Shown: piece after piece, positions 54,286-64,000 of the stretch
How the letters are laid out: each line of letters opens with the position of its first letter
How positions within the stretch are numbered: position 1 is the first letter of the stretch
Source of the DNA: Candidatus Liptonbacteria bacterium
GTDB lineage: Bacteria > Patescibacteriota > Minisyncoccia > UBA6257 > 2-01-FULL-56-20
DNA length: 64,000 nt
Assembly: GCA_023244895.1 (NCBI GenBank)
Contig: JAHFLL010000001.1
Coordinates: forward strand, 83,630 to 147,629
Direction of reading: 5' to 3'
Notes under the pieces: model-generated
Told to the model about the DNA's origin: nothing
Seen by the model: the letters and a program-made list of their open reading frames with translations, nothing else
Database searches by the model: none
Position numbers and translations under genes: made by a program

Positions 54286-55101
54286 ATGCATCCAGGAGAA
54301 CACGGCGTGGAGAACAAAGACAGCAAACGCAGGATGACCCAGGAAGAGGCAGAACTTTTCGCGCGGGACGCGCGATACACGACTCCGGAATCGTTCCGTT
54401 ACAGCTGTTGCGTGGATGGACGGGAAGAAGGCGCAGATGCTTCGCGGGCAGTGCCTGGCGCAGACGCGGGCTACTTCATGTCTGCTCTTGCCGCTCTCCG
54501 GGAATCCGGAGTAGAGGTCACCCCTGAGGTGCGTCGCGCGGTTTTCGGTGCAGTGATTGACTCGGTCGGCGGCCCAAAGAACATCCGTTTCCACACCGAC
54601 CTTCACGCCTTGGAAAAGGCGAAGGAAAAGGGAGTTGTTGCGGGAGTGGCTGCTGGCTGTGGTCATCTCAATTTGGCTCGGCAGAACCCCGGAGTTTACG
54701 GCGTCACCGCGGAAGATATGTCCGCGATCGACGAGGAGCTCCTAAGGCTGCTCGGCGAGGACGCTGATCAGAAGACCCTCCCCGGCAATCACGGCGAGGA
54801 AGCAGTGATGGTGGTGGACGATGTTTCTGTCGGGTTACGCCACCAGGCCGCCGGCAGTCAGGCCTTCGTGTACCACAAGGGTTCGAGCGATGCCTTTTTA
54901 GACCAGCTGGCGGGAGCGGTCTTGGCGAAGCTACCGAACCATCAGCCCGGTCTCACCGAAGAAGCTCTGCGCGTTAAACTGGGAGCATCTTTCGATAGGC
55001 AGCTTACCGCCACGGTGAATAGCCTGGCGCCCGGCCTGCCTCAGTACCGGGTGAGCGGGGAAGAGGTTTCCTACTTGGGCGACGTTCCCAAGAAAGAGTA
55101 G
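54286..55101 (+). CDS. high-GC hypothetical soluble protein (271 aa; start may be the GTG at about 54304 after an AGGAGA SD)
   Basis: about 60% GC; Cys motifs CCVDGRE and AAGCGH; no confident family. Confidence 0.45.
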   Translation: MHPGEHGVENKDSKRRMTQEEAELFARDARYTTPESFRYSCCVDGREEGADASRAVPGADAGYFMSALAALRESGVEVTPEVRRAVFGAVIDSVGGPKNIRFHTDLHALEKAKEKGVVAGVAAGCGHLNLARQNPGVYGVTAEDMSAIDEELLRLLGEDADQKTLPGNHGEEAVMVVDDVSVGLRHQAAGSQAFVYHKGSSDAFLDQLAGAVLAKLPNHQPGLTEEALRVKLGASFDRQLTATVNSLAPGLPQYRVSGEEVSYLGDVPKKE

Positions 55102-55196
55102 TAGGCGGTACCTACTAAGAGTTATGAAAACAAGAACGCCCTGCGGTCAACGCGACCCCGGGGCATTCAAGTTTTTATAGGCTAAATATTATTTTT

Positions 55197-55439
55197 TTAC
55201 TCCTCCACTATCATACGCACCTGGCTGTCTTTATTCACTTCTAAAAACCCGGACTTAACGGGCAGGAAGTGTTCCTGCTTTTTCCCGTCTAAAATTCTAA
55301 GCACGCCCTCCTTCAACATAGATAGGAGTGGGCGATGATGTTCTAAAATAGTAATCTCACCCGAGACGGTCTGGCAGTTTATAGAGCTTGCCTCGCCTTG
55401 GTAGAGAATCTTTTTAAGGGAATAAACAGACAATTTCAT
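55197..55439 (-). CDS. atpC: ATP synthase F1 epsilon subunit (beta-sandwich domain only)
   Basis: position after atpD; 80 aa. Confidence 0.75.
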   Translation of the reverse strand: MKLSVYSLKKILYQGEASSINCQTVSGEITILEHHRPLLSMLKEGVLRILDGKKQEHFLPVKSGFLEVNKDSQVRMIVEE

Positions 55440-55510
55440 TGTAATTTCAAATGTTAAATTTCAAATGTCAAAAAACTTTTAATTGTCGTTTGTCATTTGG
55501 ATTTTGAACA

Positions 55511-56923
<1,413 letters not shown>

Positions 56924-56953
56924 TTAATTTTGATTTTTGAATTTTGCGTTATT

Positions 56954-57901
56954 TTAGTTCATCACTTCCGCCCCCGCCACAATTTCTATAATTTCTTTAG
57001 TGATGGAAGCCTGTCTGGACTTGTTGTATATCAAGGTCAGATCGGCGGCCAAACCCTCCGCGTTGTCGGAGGCGTTCTTCATGGCTACTCGGCGGGCGGC
57101 ATGTTCGGAAGCGTTTGCTTCTAATATCATATGATAAATTTCCATCAGAACCAGATGCGCGCCCAGTTCGTTTAGGATAACTTCCGGAGACGGTTCAATT
57201 ATGTATTCTTTGGCCTCTTTCTTGTCCGTATGAATAAGGGTTCCGCCTTCCCGCGCGATTTCCGCGAACTTGCCTGTTTCGGGGACTATGTCCTGCGCGC
57301 TCTTCTTAAGGTTTTCAAAACTGACCGGCAATATTTTTCTTGTTAAAACATCTTGCTTCAAGGCGCTCCTGAACTGGGTAGAGAAGACCATAACCTCATC
57401 CCATTCTTTATTCAAAAATCCCGCCACAACTTTATCCGCGACCGGCTTAATCTGCTCTAGTGTGGTGTAGTCGCCTACGCGCGTAAACTTACCCGCGAGG
57501 TTCTTGGTTCTACGCTCCAGATATTGCCCCGCCTTCTGTCCGATAGCTAAGAAGGCGTAAGCCGGATCCTTGAAAGAGATGCTATTTTTTTTGAGGAAAC
57601 GTTCAAATTCCCTGATAATGGCGCTGTTAAAAGAACCGCACAAACCCTTGTCGGAAGTAACCAGAACCACCAGCTTTTTTTCAATCGGACGTTGTTCCAA
57701 GATGGCGGGCAACACAACTCCGTCCAACTGGGAAAGGGTTGCGAGAAAATCAAGCGCGGCGAAGGCATAGGGACGGGAGGTGAGCGCGAGCTCTTGGCTA
57801 CGCCTCATCTTGGTAGCGGCCACCAGCTCCATCGCTTTGGTTATCTGGTTGATGTTGCCGATACCCTTTATGCGCCGTTTTATGTTTTGTAAGGAATCCA
57901 T
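56954..57901 (-). CDS. atpG: ATP synthase F1 gamma subunit
   Basis: conserved N- and C-terminal gamma helices. Confidence 0.9.
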   Translation of the reverse strand: MDSLQNIKRRIKGIGNINQITKAMELVAATKMRRSQELALTSRPYAFAALDFLATLSQLDGVVLPAILEQRPIEKKLVVLVTSDKGLCGSFNSAIIREFERFLKKNSISFKDPAYAFLAIGQKAGQYLERRTKNLAGKFTRVGDYTTLEQIKPVADKVVAGFLNKEWDEVMVFSTQFRSALKQDVLTRKILPVSFENLKKSAQDIVPETGKFAEIAREGGTLIHTDKKEAKEYIIEPSPEVILNELGAHLVLMEIYHMILEANASEHAARRVAMKNASDNAEGLAADLTLIYNKSRQASITKEIIEIVAGAEVMN

Positions 57902-58019
57902 CTTAGTTATTATCGCGACCCGAATCTACGAACGCATCCGAATGATGCGAATGGGTTGTTGGTTTTTATAGATTATTTATTCGGGTTATTTGAATGTGAT
58001 TTGTAGTATTAGTGTCGCC

Positions 58020-59555
58020 TTACTGTTTTATCGTTTCCAGAAACCTTGTGATAGCTGCCTTTAGCGCTGTTTCCGCCTCTTCGCTTACCTGACCACTTTC
58101 GCGGATGGGGGAGAGTATATCTTTCTCGTGGAATTTATTGAGATATTCCACGTAAAGCTTCTCGGTTTTCTTAACGTCCTCCAGCGGGATTTGGTCAAAG
58201 TGACCGTTTAAAGCCGCATAGAAGGTGGCCACCTGATACTCAAAAGAAATCGGAGCCAAGTCGTCCTGCTTCAAGATTTCGGTCATAAGCTGTCCCTGGT
58301 GAATGCGCTTCTTGGTTGCCTCGTCCACGTCGGAAGCGAACTGCACGAAAGCTTGTAACTCTCGGAATTGAGCAAGCGTAAGGCGCAACTTGCCAGCCAC
58401 TTTTTTCATGGCTTTGGTTTGCGCGGCGGAGCCTACGCGCGAAACAGAAAGACCTACGTTTACCGCCGGGCGAATACCTTGGTAGAACAAGTCGCTCTCC
58501 AAGAATATCTGACCGTCCGTGATAGAGATGACGTTAGTCGGAATGTAGGCGGAAATATCTCCCAATTGGGTTTCAATAATGGGCAGTGCCGTAAGCGACC
58601 CGCCACCTTTCTCCTTAGACATCTTGGCGGCGCGTTCCAGTAGGCGAGAGTGCAAATAAAATACGTCACCCGGGTATGCTTCCCGACCAGGCGGACGGCG
58701 AAGCAGGAGGGAAATTTGACGGTAGGCCCAAGCGTGCTTGGACAAGTCGTCATAAACTACCAGCGAATCTTCGCCCTTGTCGCGGAAATATTCGCCGATG
58801 GCGCAACCCGCGAAAGGGGCCAGATACCACATGGACGCGGGCGAGGAAGCAGGCGCGGAAACGACGATGGTGTATTTTAAAGCACCGCTCGCGCGCAACG
58901 TCTCCACAATCTTCGCAATTTTAGACTCTTTTTGACCAACCGCTACATATATACATATTGGGGTGCGCCGACCCGTGTCTTGTCCCTGATTGATAATCGT
59001 GTCCAGTGCCAACGCGGTTTTACCCGTTTGACGATCTCCAATGATAAGTTCGCGCTGTCCGCGCCCGATCGGAATCATGGAATCAATACTCTTCGTACCA
59101 GTGTGGAGGGGAGTGTTAACCCCCTCGCGCTCCAAAACGGAAGGCGCTTTATTCTCCAAATTATAACGTCCGGCAGACTTGCCTTTAGAAAAGATAGGGC
59201 CCTTGCCATCCAACGGTTGACCCAGCGGATCCACTACCCGACCCACCAGTTCATCGCCTACTTCAATAGAAAGAACCGTTCCGGTTCCGCGTACGAGATC
59301 GCCGCTTTTGATCGCGAGATAATCGTCCAAAATCAGCGCGCCGATAGTTTCCTCTTCCAGGTTTAGAGCCAGTGCTCGCCTTGGTCCCTCGTGAGTTTCA
59401 ATAGAGAGAAGCTCTTGGCTCATGGTTTGGCGGAGGCCGACAATCTTTACGATGCCGTCTCCAACCTCAATAACCTTACCGACCGTTTCCCATTCCGGTT
59501 TGTCTTCAAAGCTATCTATCTCGCGCTTTATTTTTTCTATGATTTCGTACGACAT
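58020..59555 (-). CDS. atpA: ATP synthase F1 alpha subunit
   Basis: P-loop GDRQTGKT. Confidence 0.95.
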   Translation of the reverse strand: MSYEIIEKIKREIDSFEDKPEWETVGKVIEVGDGIVKIVGLRQTMSQELLSIETHEGPRRALALNLEEETIGALILDDYLAIKSGDLVRGTGTVLSIEVGDELVGRVVDPLGQPLDGKGPIFSKGKSAGRYNLENKAPSVLEREGVNTPLHTGTKSIDSMIPIGRGQRELIIGDRQTGKTALALDTIINQGQDTGRRTPICIYVAVGQKESKIAKIVETLRASGALKYTIVVSAPASSPASMWYLAPFAGCAIGEYFRDKGEDSLVVYDDLSKHAWAYRQISLLLRRPPGREAYPGDVFYLHSRLLERAAKMSKEKGGGSLTALPIIETQLGDISAYIPTNVISITDGQIFLESDLFYQGIRPAVNVGLSVSRVGSAAQTKAMKKVAGKLRLTLAQFRELQAFVQFASDVDEATKKRIHQGQLMTEILKQDDLAPISFEYQVATFYAALNGHFDQIPLEDVKKTEKLYVEYLNKFHEKDILSPIRESGQVSEEAETALKAAITRFLETIKQ

Positions 59556-59557
59556 GT

Positions 59558-59941
59558 TTAGTAGTGGAATAATCTGTCTAATTTACGACGCAGTGAGAAA
59601 TCCAGTTGGGACTCCTCATCTAAGGTGATTTTAACTCCCGCAATCAATTCCGGATTTATCTTTTCTTCTACCGTATCTTTGGCGTGTACAAAGTGCAACA
59701 AAGACTTTTTTTGCGCTGGCGTAAGCGCGCGAGCGCTTTCAATCTCCACCTTGCGCTCGCCGGTCTTCACCCGGATTAGTTTTTCCGCCTGAGATATTAT
59801 TTTTCTGAGAGAGTTGCCGTCACCGTTCTTCGCGACCAGCTCCAAGAACTTCTTGGCCACAGCCTTGTGATGTTCCGCGCTCGTTTTGTTAGCGAGCGTC
59901 TCTACTAGCGCCGTAGCGTAATATTTGGGCTGGTATTTCAT
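59558..59941 (-). CDS. atpH: ATP synthase delta (OSCP) subunit, short
   Basis: operon position; OSCP-like helices. Confidence 0.7.
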   Translation of the reverse strand: MKYQPKYYATALVETLANKTSAEHHKAVAKKFLELVAKNGDGNSLRKIISQAEKLIRVKTGERKVEIESARALTPAQKKSLLHFVHAKDTVEEKINPELIAGVKITLDEESQLDFSLRRKLDRLFHY

Positions 59942-59945
59942 TGCT

Positions 59946-60443
59946 CTAGCTCAGTTTCTTTTTGGCCGCCTCGGCAATTAATTTTTCATCAATCGCCTTG
60001 GGGTCCATTTCGACCGTCTTAACCAAAACCGACTTCACGAAGCTGACTGCGTTCTTGTGTATCTCCTCCCGGGCCTCCTCCGCCTTGCCCGCGATTATCA
60101 TCTCCGCGTTTTTGAGGAGCTCGGCTTCCTTTTGCTTGGCTTGCAAGAGAAGTTCCGCCTCAAACTCCTTGGCTTTAATTTCCGTCTGGCGGAGCATGTC
60201 CAGTGCTTTCTGGTCAGCCTCTTTCATTTTGTGGACAGCAATAACATTCACCTCCGCTAGTTTTTGGTCCGCCTCTTCCGCCTTAGCCAGGCCCTCCTGT
60301 ATTTTTTTTCTCCTTTCTTCCAGGATACGCAAAATCGGCTTGTACGCGAATATGCGCAAAACCACGAGAAGAAGTAGAAAATTAGCGGCCTGGCTTAGAA
60401 ACAACCGCCAGTCTATGCCTAATTGATGAATTAAATCTGACAT
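59946..60443 (-). CDS. atpF: ATP synthase Fo subunit b
   Basis: single TM helix plus a long charged coiled coil. Confidence 0.8.
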   Translation of the reverse strand: MSDLIHQLGIDWRLFLSQAANFLLLLVVLRIFAYKPILRILEERRKKIQEGLAKAEEADQKLAEVNVIAVHKMKEADQKALDMLRQTEIKAKEFEAELLLQAKQKEAELLKNAEMIIAGKAEEAREEIHKNAVSFVKSVLVKTVEMDPKAIDEKLIAEAAKKKLS

Positions 60444-60556
60444 GAGTTAGCTGTTAGCTACCCGAATCTACGAATTCATACGAACGACCCAAGGTGATTC
60501 GGGTAATTCGCCTGCCTGCCGGTAGGCAGGGATGTTTTTCGGGCTATTGATTGCTT

Positions 60557-60784
60557 TTAGACGAACTTAATAATGAGGGCGGTGACTAAGGCGTAAATAG
60601 CGATAGCTTCCGCGAAAGCCGCGGAAAGAATCATGGCCGTTTGAACCTTGGAAGCCGCTTCCGGGTTGCGTCCAATTGCATCCGCGGCATGAGAACCAAT
60701 CCAACCGATCGAGACCGCTGGGGCAATAGTACCAATAATAATGGTGCCCATAGTTGCCAGAAGTCGCACTGTTTCTGTTTCCAT
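60557..60784 (-). CDS. atpE: ATP synthase Fo subunit c
   Basis: helical hairpin with the conserved carboxylate (AFAEAIAIYALV). Confidence 0.9.
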   Translation of the reverse strand: METETVRLLATMGTIIIGTIAPAVSIGWIGSHAADAIGRNPEAASKVQTAMILSAAFAEAIAIYALVTALIIKFV

Positions 60785-60982
60785 ATTGTTTTTAGTTTAT
60801 TTGATTAGTTTTCTCGACCTTTTTTGGCAATGTTTCAAAAGCGGGCATATTATATCAGGTTTAAACGCGTTTTTCAAATAATGATTTAATGAGCCTTCTC
60901 TGCATGTTCTTCGTGGCCCGTAAGTGCCGACATTCCATATTTATCAGGAGAAATAATCATGTGCGTGGAGTGGGGTTATTTG

Positions 60983-61837
60983 CTAGTGAGCAGGCTCATG
61001 CTTGGCATCTTCCGGGCCGTGGTGGTCGGTGATAGCTATGGCGACAAAAACCAGGGCGAGCATTGAGAAGATAAGGGCCTGGATGGCGCCCACAAATACT
61101 TCCAGGAATAAGAAGGGGAGTGGCACAAGATAGGGCGCCAAGAAACCTACGATAGCGAGCAGAACCTCTCCGGCAAAGATGTTGCCGAAAAGACGGAAGG
61201 AGAAAGAGATCATGCGTGCGCCCTCCGAAACTAATTCTATTATTCCCACAAAGAAATTGATGGGGTTGCTGAAGTTTAAGAACTTGCCCGCGTAGCGGAA
61301 TGCGCCGATTGCGAATGCCCCCAGGAGATTCACGGTCAGAACCGTTACTACTGCGAGCGCTAGGGTAAAGTTCAGATCCGCGGAGGGCGCGCGCAAGAGG
61401 GGCGCGGTTTCTTCGCCGTAGAACATTATGGAGCCCACGCCCGGCAAGAGACCGAACCAGTTAGAGAACATAACAAAGATAAAAATAGTGGCGATAAGCG
61501 GCAGATATTTTTCGGATTTACGCCGGTCGCCCAGGACGCTATCCATCATATCCAAGATAAATTCCAGGAAGAACTCAAAAACATTCTGCAGTTTTCCGGG
61601 AATTATCTTTATCTTTTTGCGCGCGAAAATGGCTATACTGGAGAACAAAACCAGGATTAGGGTGGCTAATATAAGAGAATTGGTCACGGCAAAAGAGCCG
61701 ATATGGAAAATGGGCTCCGCCTTAAGGGAGATGTGAGGTCCTCCGCCCTCATGCTCCACCTGAGTTGTTTGAGTTTCGGCTGAAAGTCCGGTTTCGGTAG
61801 GCATTTCTTTGATAGGTGTTTCTTGTCCCGCGGACAT
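60983..61837 (-). CDS. atpB: ATP synthase Fo subunit a
   Basis: RLFGNIFAGE motif. Confidence 0.9.
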   Translation of the reverse strand: MSAGQETPIKEMPTETGLSAETQTTQVEHEGGGPHISLKAEPIFHIGSFAVTNSLILATLILVLFSSIAIFARKKIKIIPGKLQNVFEFFLEFILDMMDSVLGDRRKSEKYLPLIATIFIFVMFSNWFGLLPGVGSIMFYGEETAPLLRAPSADLNFTLALAVVTVLTVNLLGAFAIGAFRYAGKFLNFSNPINFFVGIIELVSEGARMISFSFRLFGNIFAGEVLLAIVGFLAPYLVPLPFLFLEVFVGAIQALIFSMLALVFVAIAITDHHGPEDAKHEPAH

Positions 61838-61885
61838 GTTAAAACTGGCATATTATATAGGAAAATCGGCCGATAATCAAATTTC

Positions 61886-61915
61886 TTGACACCTTGTTTT
61901 TAGAATGCAATATAA
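61886..61915 (+). promoter_or_regulatory. candidate promoter TTGACA-17/18-(A)ATATAA
   Basis: upstream of the 32-aa peptide ORF. Confidence 0.35.
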
Positions 61916-61938
61916 GAGGTAGTAACGGAGGCAGATAT

Positions 61939-62037
61939 ATGACCGTTTTTCAGGGAATCCTGGCAAACCTGTTTTGCCTCGTCGCGCTGGCGGGATTCAT
62001 GTCCTGGCTCTTGTTCGGTCCGCCAAGCAGAAGCTAA
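61939..62037 (+). CDS. 32-aa hydrophobic peptide (MTVFQGILANLFCLVALAGFMSWLLFGPPSRS)
   Basis: GGAGG SD 7 nt upstream; followed by a terminator; not in the ORF track. Confidence 0.4.
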   Translation: MTVFQGILANLFCLVALAGFMSWLLFGPPSRS

Positions 62038-62063
62038 GCCCAAGCCAGTTGGTCCAAAGCCCC

Positions 62064-62100
62064 CGGTCCGCCCCAAAAGCGGACCGGACCTACTTTAATA
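62064..62100 (+). terminator. hairpin CGGTCCGC cccaaaa GCGGACCG plus T-rich tail
   Basis: perfect 8-bp stem. Confidence 0.45.
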
Positions 62101-62118
62101 ATATCTCACGGCGCGAGA

Positions 62119-63948
62119 CTAGTTTTGCTTTTCAAACTGCAGGTGGTAAAGGCGCTGATAGGTCGGACTTTTCTCCAGCAATTCCGAGTGAGTTCCCATT
62201 GCCTCTATCTCGCCATCTTCAAAAACCAAAATGCGATCCGCGTTCAAAATAGTTGAGAGACGATGAGCGATTATGATGGTGGTACGGTCTTTAATGAGGG
62301 CTTTGGTGGCTTGTTGAATCAGCCGTTCGCTTTCGGTATCAAGATTGCTGGTGGCTTCATCCAATATCAAGATGGACGGGTCGCGCAAAACCGCGCGGGC
62401 AATACCAACTCTTTGACGTTCTCCGCCGGATAATTTTAATCCGCGCTCGCCCACGATGGTTTCGTAGCCGTGTTCCGCGCGCATGATAAAATCATGCGCT
62501 AGTGCTATGCGGGCGGCGCGTGCAATTTCTTCTTTAGGAGTGTTTGGTTTGCCGTAAGCGATATTTTCCGCGATGGTGCGCGAGAATAAATCCACCTCCT
62601 GAGGCACTACCGCGATTTGGGCGCGCAAGCTGTCTTGGGTAACATCTCTTAAATCAAATCCGTCTATGCGGATGGAGCCCCGGGTGGGGTCGAAAGAGCG
62701 CAGGAGTAAGTTTATGAAGGTGGTCTTCCCGCTACCGCTCCGACCCACCAGCGCTACGGTGGACTTGGCCGGTATAACCAGGTTGAGATTTTTTATGGCC
62801 CAGCTACGCTTTTCCGCGTAGCGGAACCAAATGTCCCGAAACTCTATCTTCTCGTGCATAGTGGGCATGGTTATCGCGCCCAACTTGTCGTTTATGTGAA
62901 TAGGTTCGTCCAGCACCCCGTAGAGCCTTTCTACTCTGGTGATGTTGCGACGCAAGCGCGGGAAAACAATGGAAAGCTGCCAAAGCGGCGCATAGACCAT
63001 GTTTTGCAAGGAGATGAAGAGTACGAAGTCTCCGACCGTGGCTTGAGATTTTATGACTAAGAATCCTGCCAGGAAGATGACCGCGATTCTGCCCAAGGTA
63101 GATATACCAGCTTGAATATTATCCATTACCGCCCAGAGCCGCTCGGCCTCGTATTGAGTCTCGCGTGCCTTCGCGAGCAATCTCTTCTGATTGGAAGCTT
63201 CTTGCGCTTCTTGTGAGAACTTTTTGACCGTGAGCACGTTGGAAGCGATGTCATATGCTTCCTTGGAGACTTCCTCCATGTCCTCGTTCACTCTTTTTTC
63301 TATCTCATATATCCGCTGGGACAACCCCCGAATGGATAAAAGATAAACAGGGAAGGGCAGCGCGACCGTGAGCGCGATCCAGGGATTTTGCAGGAAAAGA
63401 ACTATAAAAGAAATGGTAAATAAAATAAGCGGAGGTACGAGATACTGTCCGAAAATATCGTTTATTATTATAAATACCGCCATCGCCCCGCGCTCAATAC
63501 GTCCCACAATCTGTCCGCTGGAGGAGTTATGATGAAATAGGGCATGTAGTCTCAAATGTTTTTCGGTAGCCTCCACCCGCACTTTGTCTTCGGTAAAGAT
63601 GGAAAGCTTGAAGAGATGATAGTCATAGGCAGACTTTGCCATTCGCCCAGCAACGGTCGCGAAGAAGATTCCGATTGAGGCATAGATCATTATCTCTATG
63701 GGGGTGCCGCCTCCGTTAAAGAATTTAATCATGCCATCCACAATATACTTGGACATAAAGGGCACGAAGATATCTAAGCCCGTGGCCCCAATGGCAAGCG
63801 CAATCAAAAACCAGACCCGGCGGGGATTTTCTAACGCCAGGCGCAAAGTCCTCTGGACCGCGCCTTCTTTTTTATTAATTTTATTAGTCATAAATTTTAT
63901 GTTTAGCCCATCGACCCATGGGATTTTTGCCAAAACAAGTATTAACAC
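62119..63948 (-). CDS. ABC transporter permease/ATPase fusion (MsbA-like exporter)
   Basis: 6-TM domain plus NBD (GRSGSGKTT, LSGGERQRVGIARA). Confidence 0.85.
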   Translation of the reverse strand: MLILVLAKIPWVDGLNIKFMTNKINKKEGAVQRTLRLALENPRRVWFLIALAIGATGLDIFVPFMSKYIVDGMIKFFNGGGTPIEIMIYASIGIFFATVAGRMAKSAYDYHLFKLSIFTEDKVRVEATEKHLRLHALFHHNSSSGQIVGRIERGAMAVFIIINDIFGQYLVPPLILFTISFIVLFLQNPWIALTVALPFPVYLLSIRGLSQRIYEIEKRVNEDMEEVSKEAYDIASNVLTVKKFSQEAQEASNQKRLLAKARETQYEAERLWAVMDNIQAGISTLGRIAVIFLAGFLVIKSQATVGDFVLFISLQNMVYAPLWQLSIVFPRLRRNITRVERLYGVLDEPIHINDKLGAITMPTMHEKIEFRDIWFRYAEKRSWAIKNLNLVIPAKSTVALVGRSGSGKTTFINLLLRSFDPTRGSIRIDGFDLRDVTQDSLRAQIAVVPQEVDLFSRTIAENIAYGKPNTPKEEIARAARIALAHDFIMRAEHGYETIVGERGLKLSGGERQRVGIARAVLRDPSILILDEATSNLDTESERLIQQATKALIKDRTTIIIAHRLSTILNADRILVFEDGEIEAMGTHSELLEKSPTYQRLYHLQFEKQN

Positions 63949-64000
63949 CCCTCGCCTAGAAGGGGGTCAATATGCCGTTTGGCATGCCTTATGTAACGAA

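Overview
This window looks like the small, streamlined genome of a CPR/Patescibacteria-like bacterium with a backbone of about 45-50% GC, based on sampled stretches. Backbone genes have A-rich start contexts with no Shine-Dalgarno (SD) sequence. rpoA lacks the alpha C-terminal domain, alaS is short (635 aa), and ATP synthase delta and epsilon are minimal. The backbone is dense with housekeeping genes: cytochrome b5-like, gyrB, secE-nusG-rplK, tmk, NUDIX, gatB, miaA, thrS, serS, alr, ftsQ-like, a GT-C glycosyltransferase, a DUF4012-like protein, lepA, ftsB-like, a SurA_N-like chaperone, tRNA-Gly(CCC), YjbQ, a znuBC-like metal ABC transporter, dnaG-rpoD, alaS, a class-A beta-lactamase-like hydrolase, infA-rpmJ-rpsM-rpsK-rpsD-rpoA-rplQ-rplM-rpsI, tRNA-Pro(GGG), rpmB, hsp20, a PrsW-like protease, valS, tsaD, an F1Fo ATP synthase operon (atpB-E-F-H-A-G-D-C, minus strand) and an MsbA-like ABC exporter. 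Two unusual layers sit on top of this. First, at least 11 short high-GC cassettes occupy intergenic gaps, at about 60-65% GC in the stretches sampled. Each carries near-consensus sigma70 promoters (a recurring TTGACTAA / ATTTGACAAAGA -35 motif), a strong GGAGG SD, small ORFs of 27-180 aa (271 aa in one case) that are mostly hydrophobic or Cys/His-rich, and GC-rich intrinsic terminators. One cassette also carries a PIN-PhoH (YlaK-like) ATPase. Second, 10 arrays of 7-nt-phased stop codons (TAGNNNN / TAANNNN heptads) lie immediately 3' of many backbone genes, placing stops in all three frames. No CRISPR array, rRNA or obvious transposase was found. Coordinates of features I derived by hand are approximate (about +/-2 nt).
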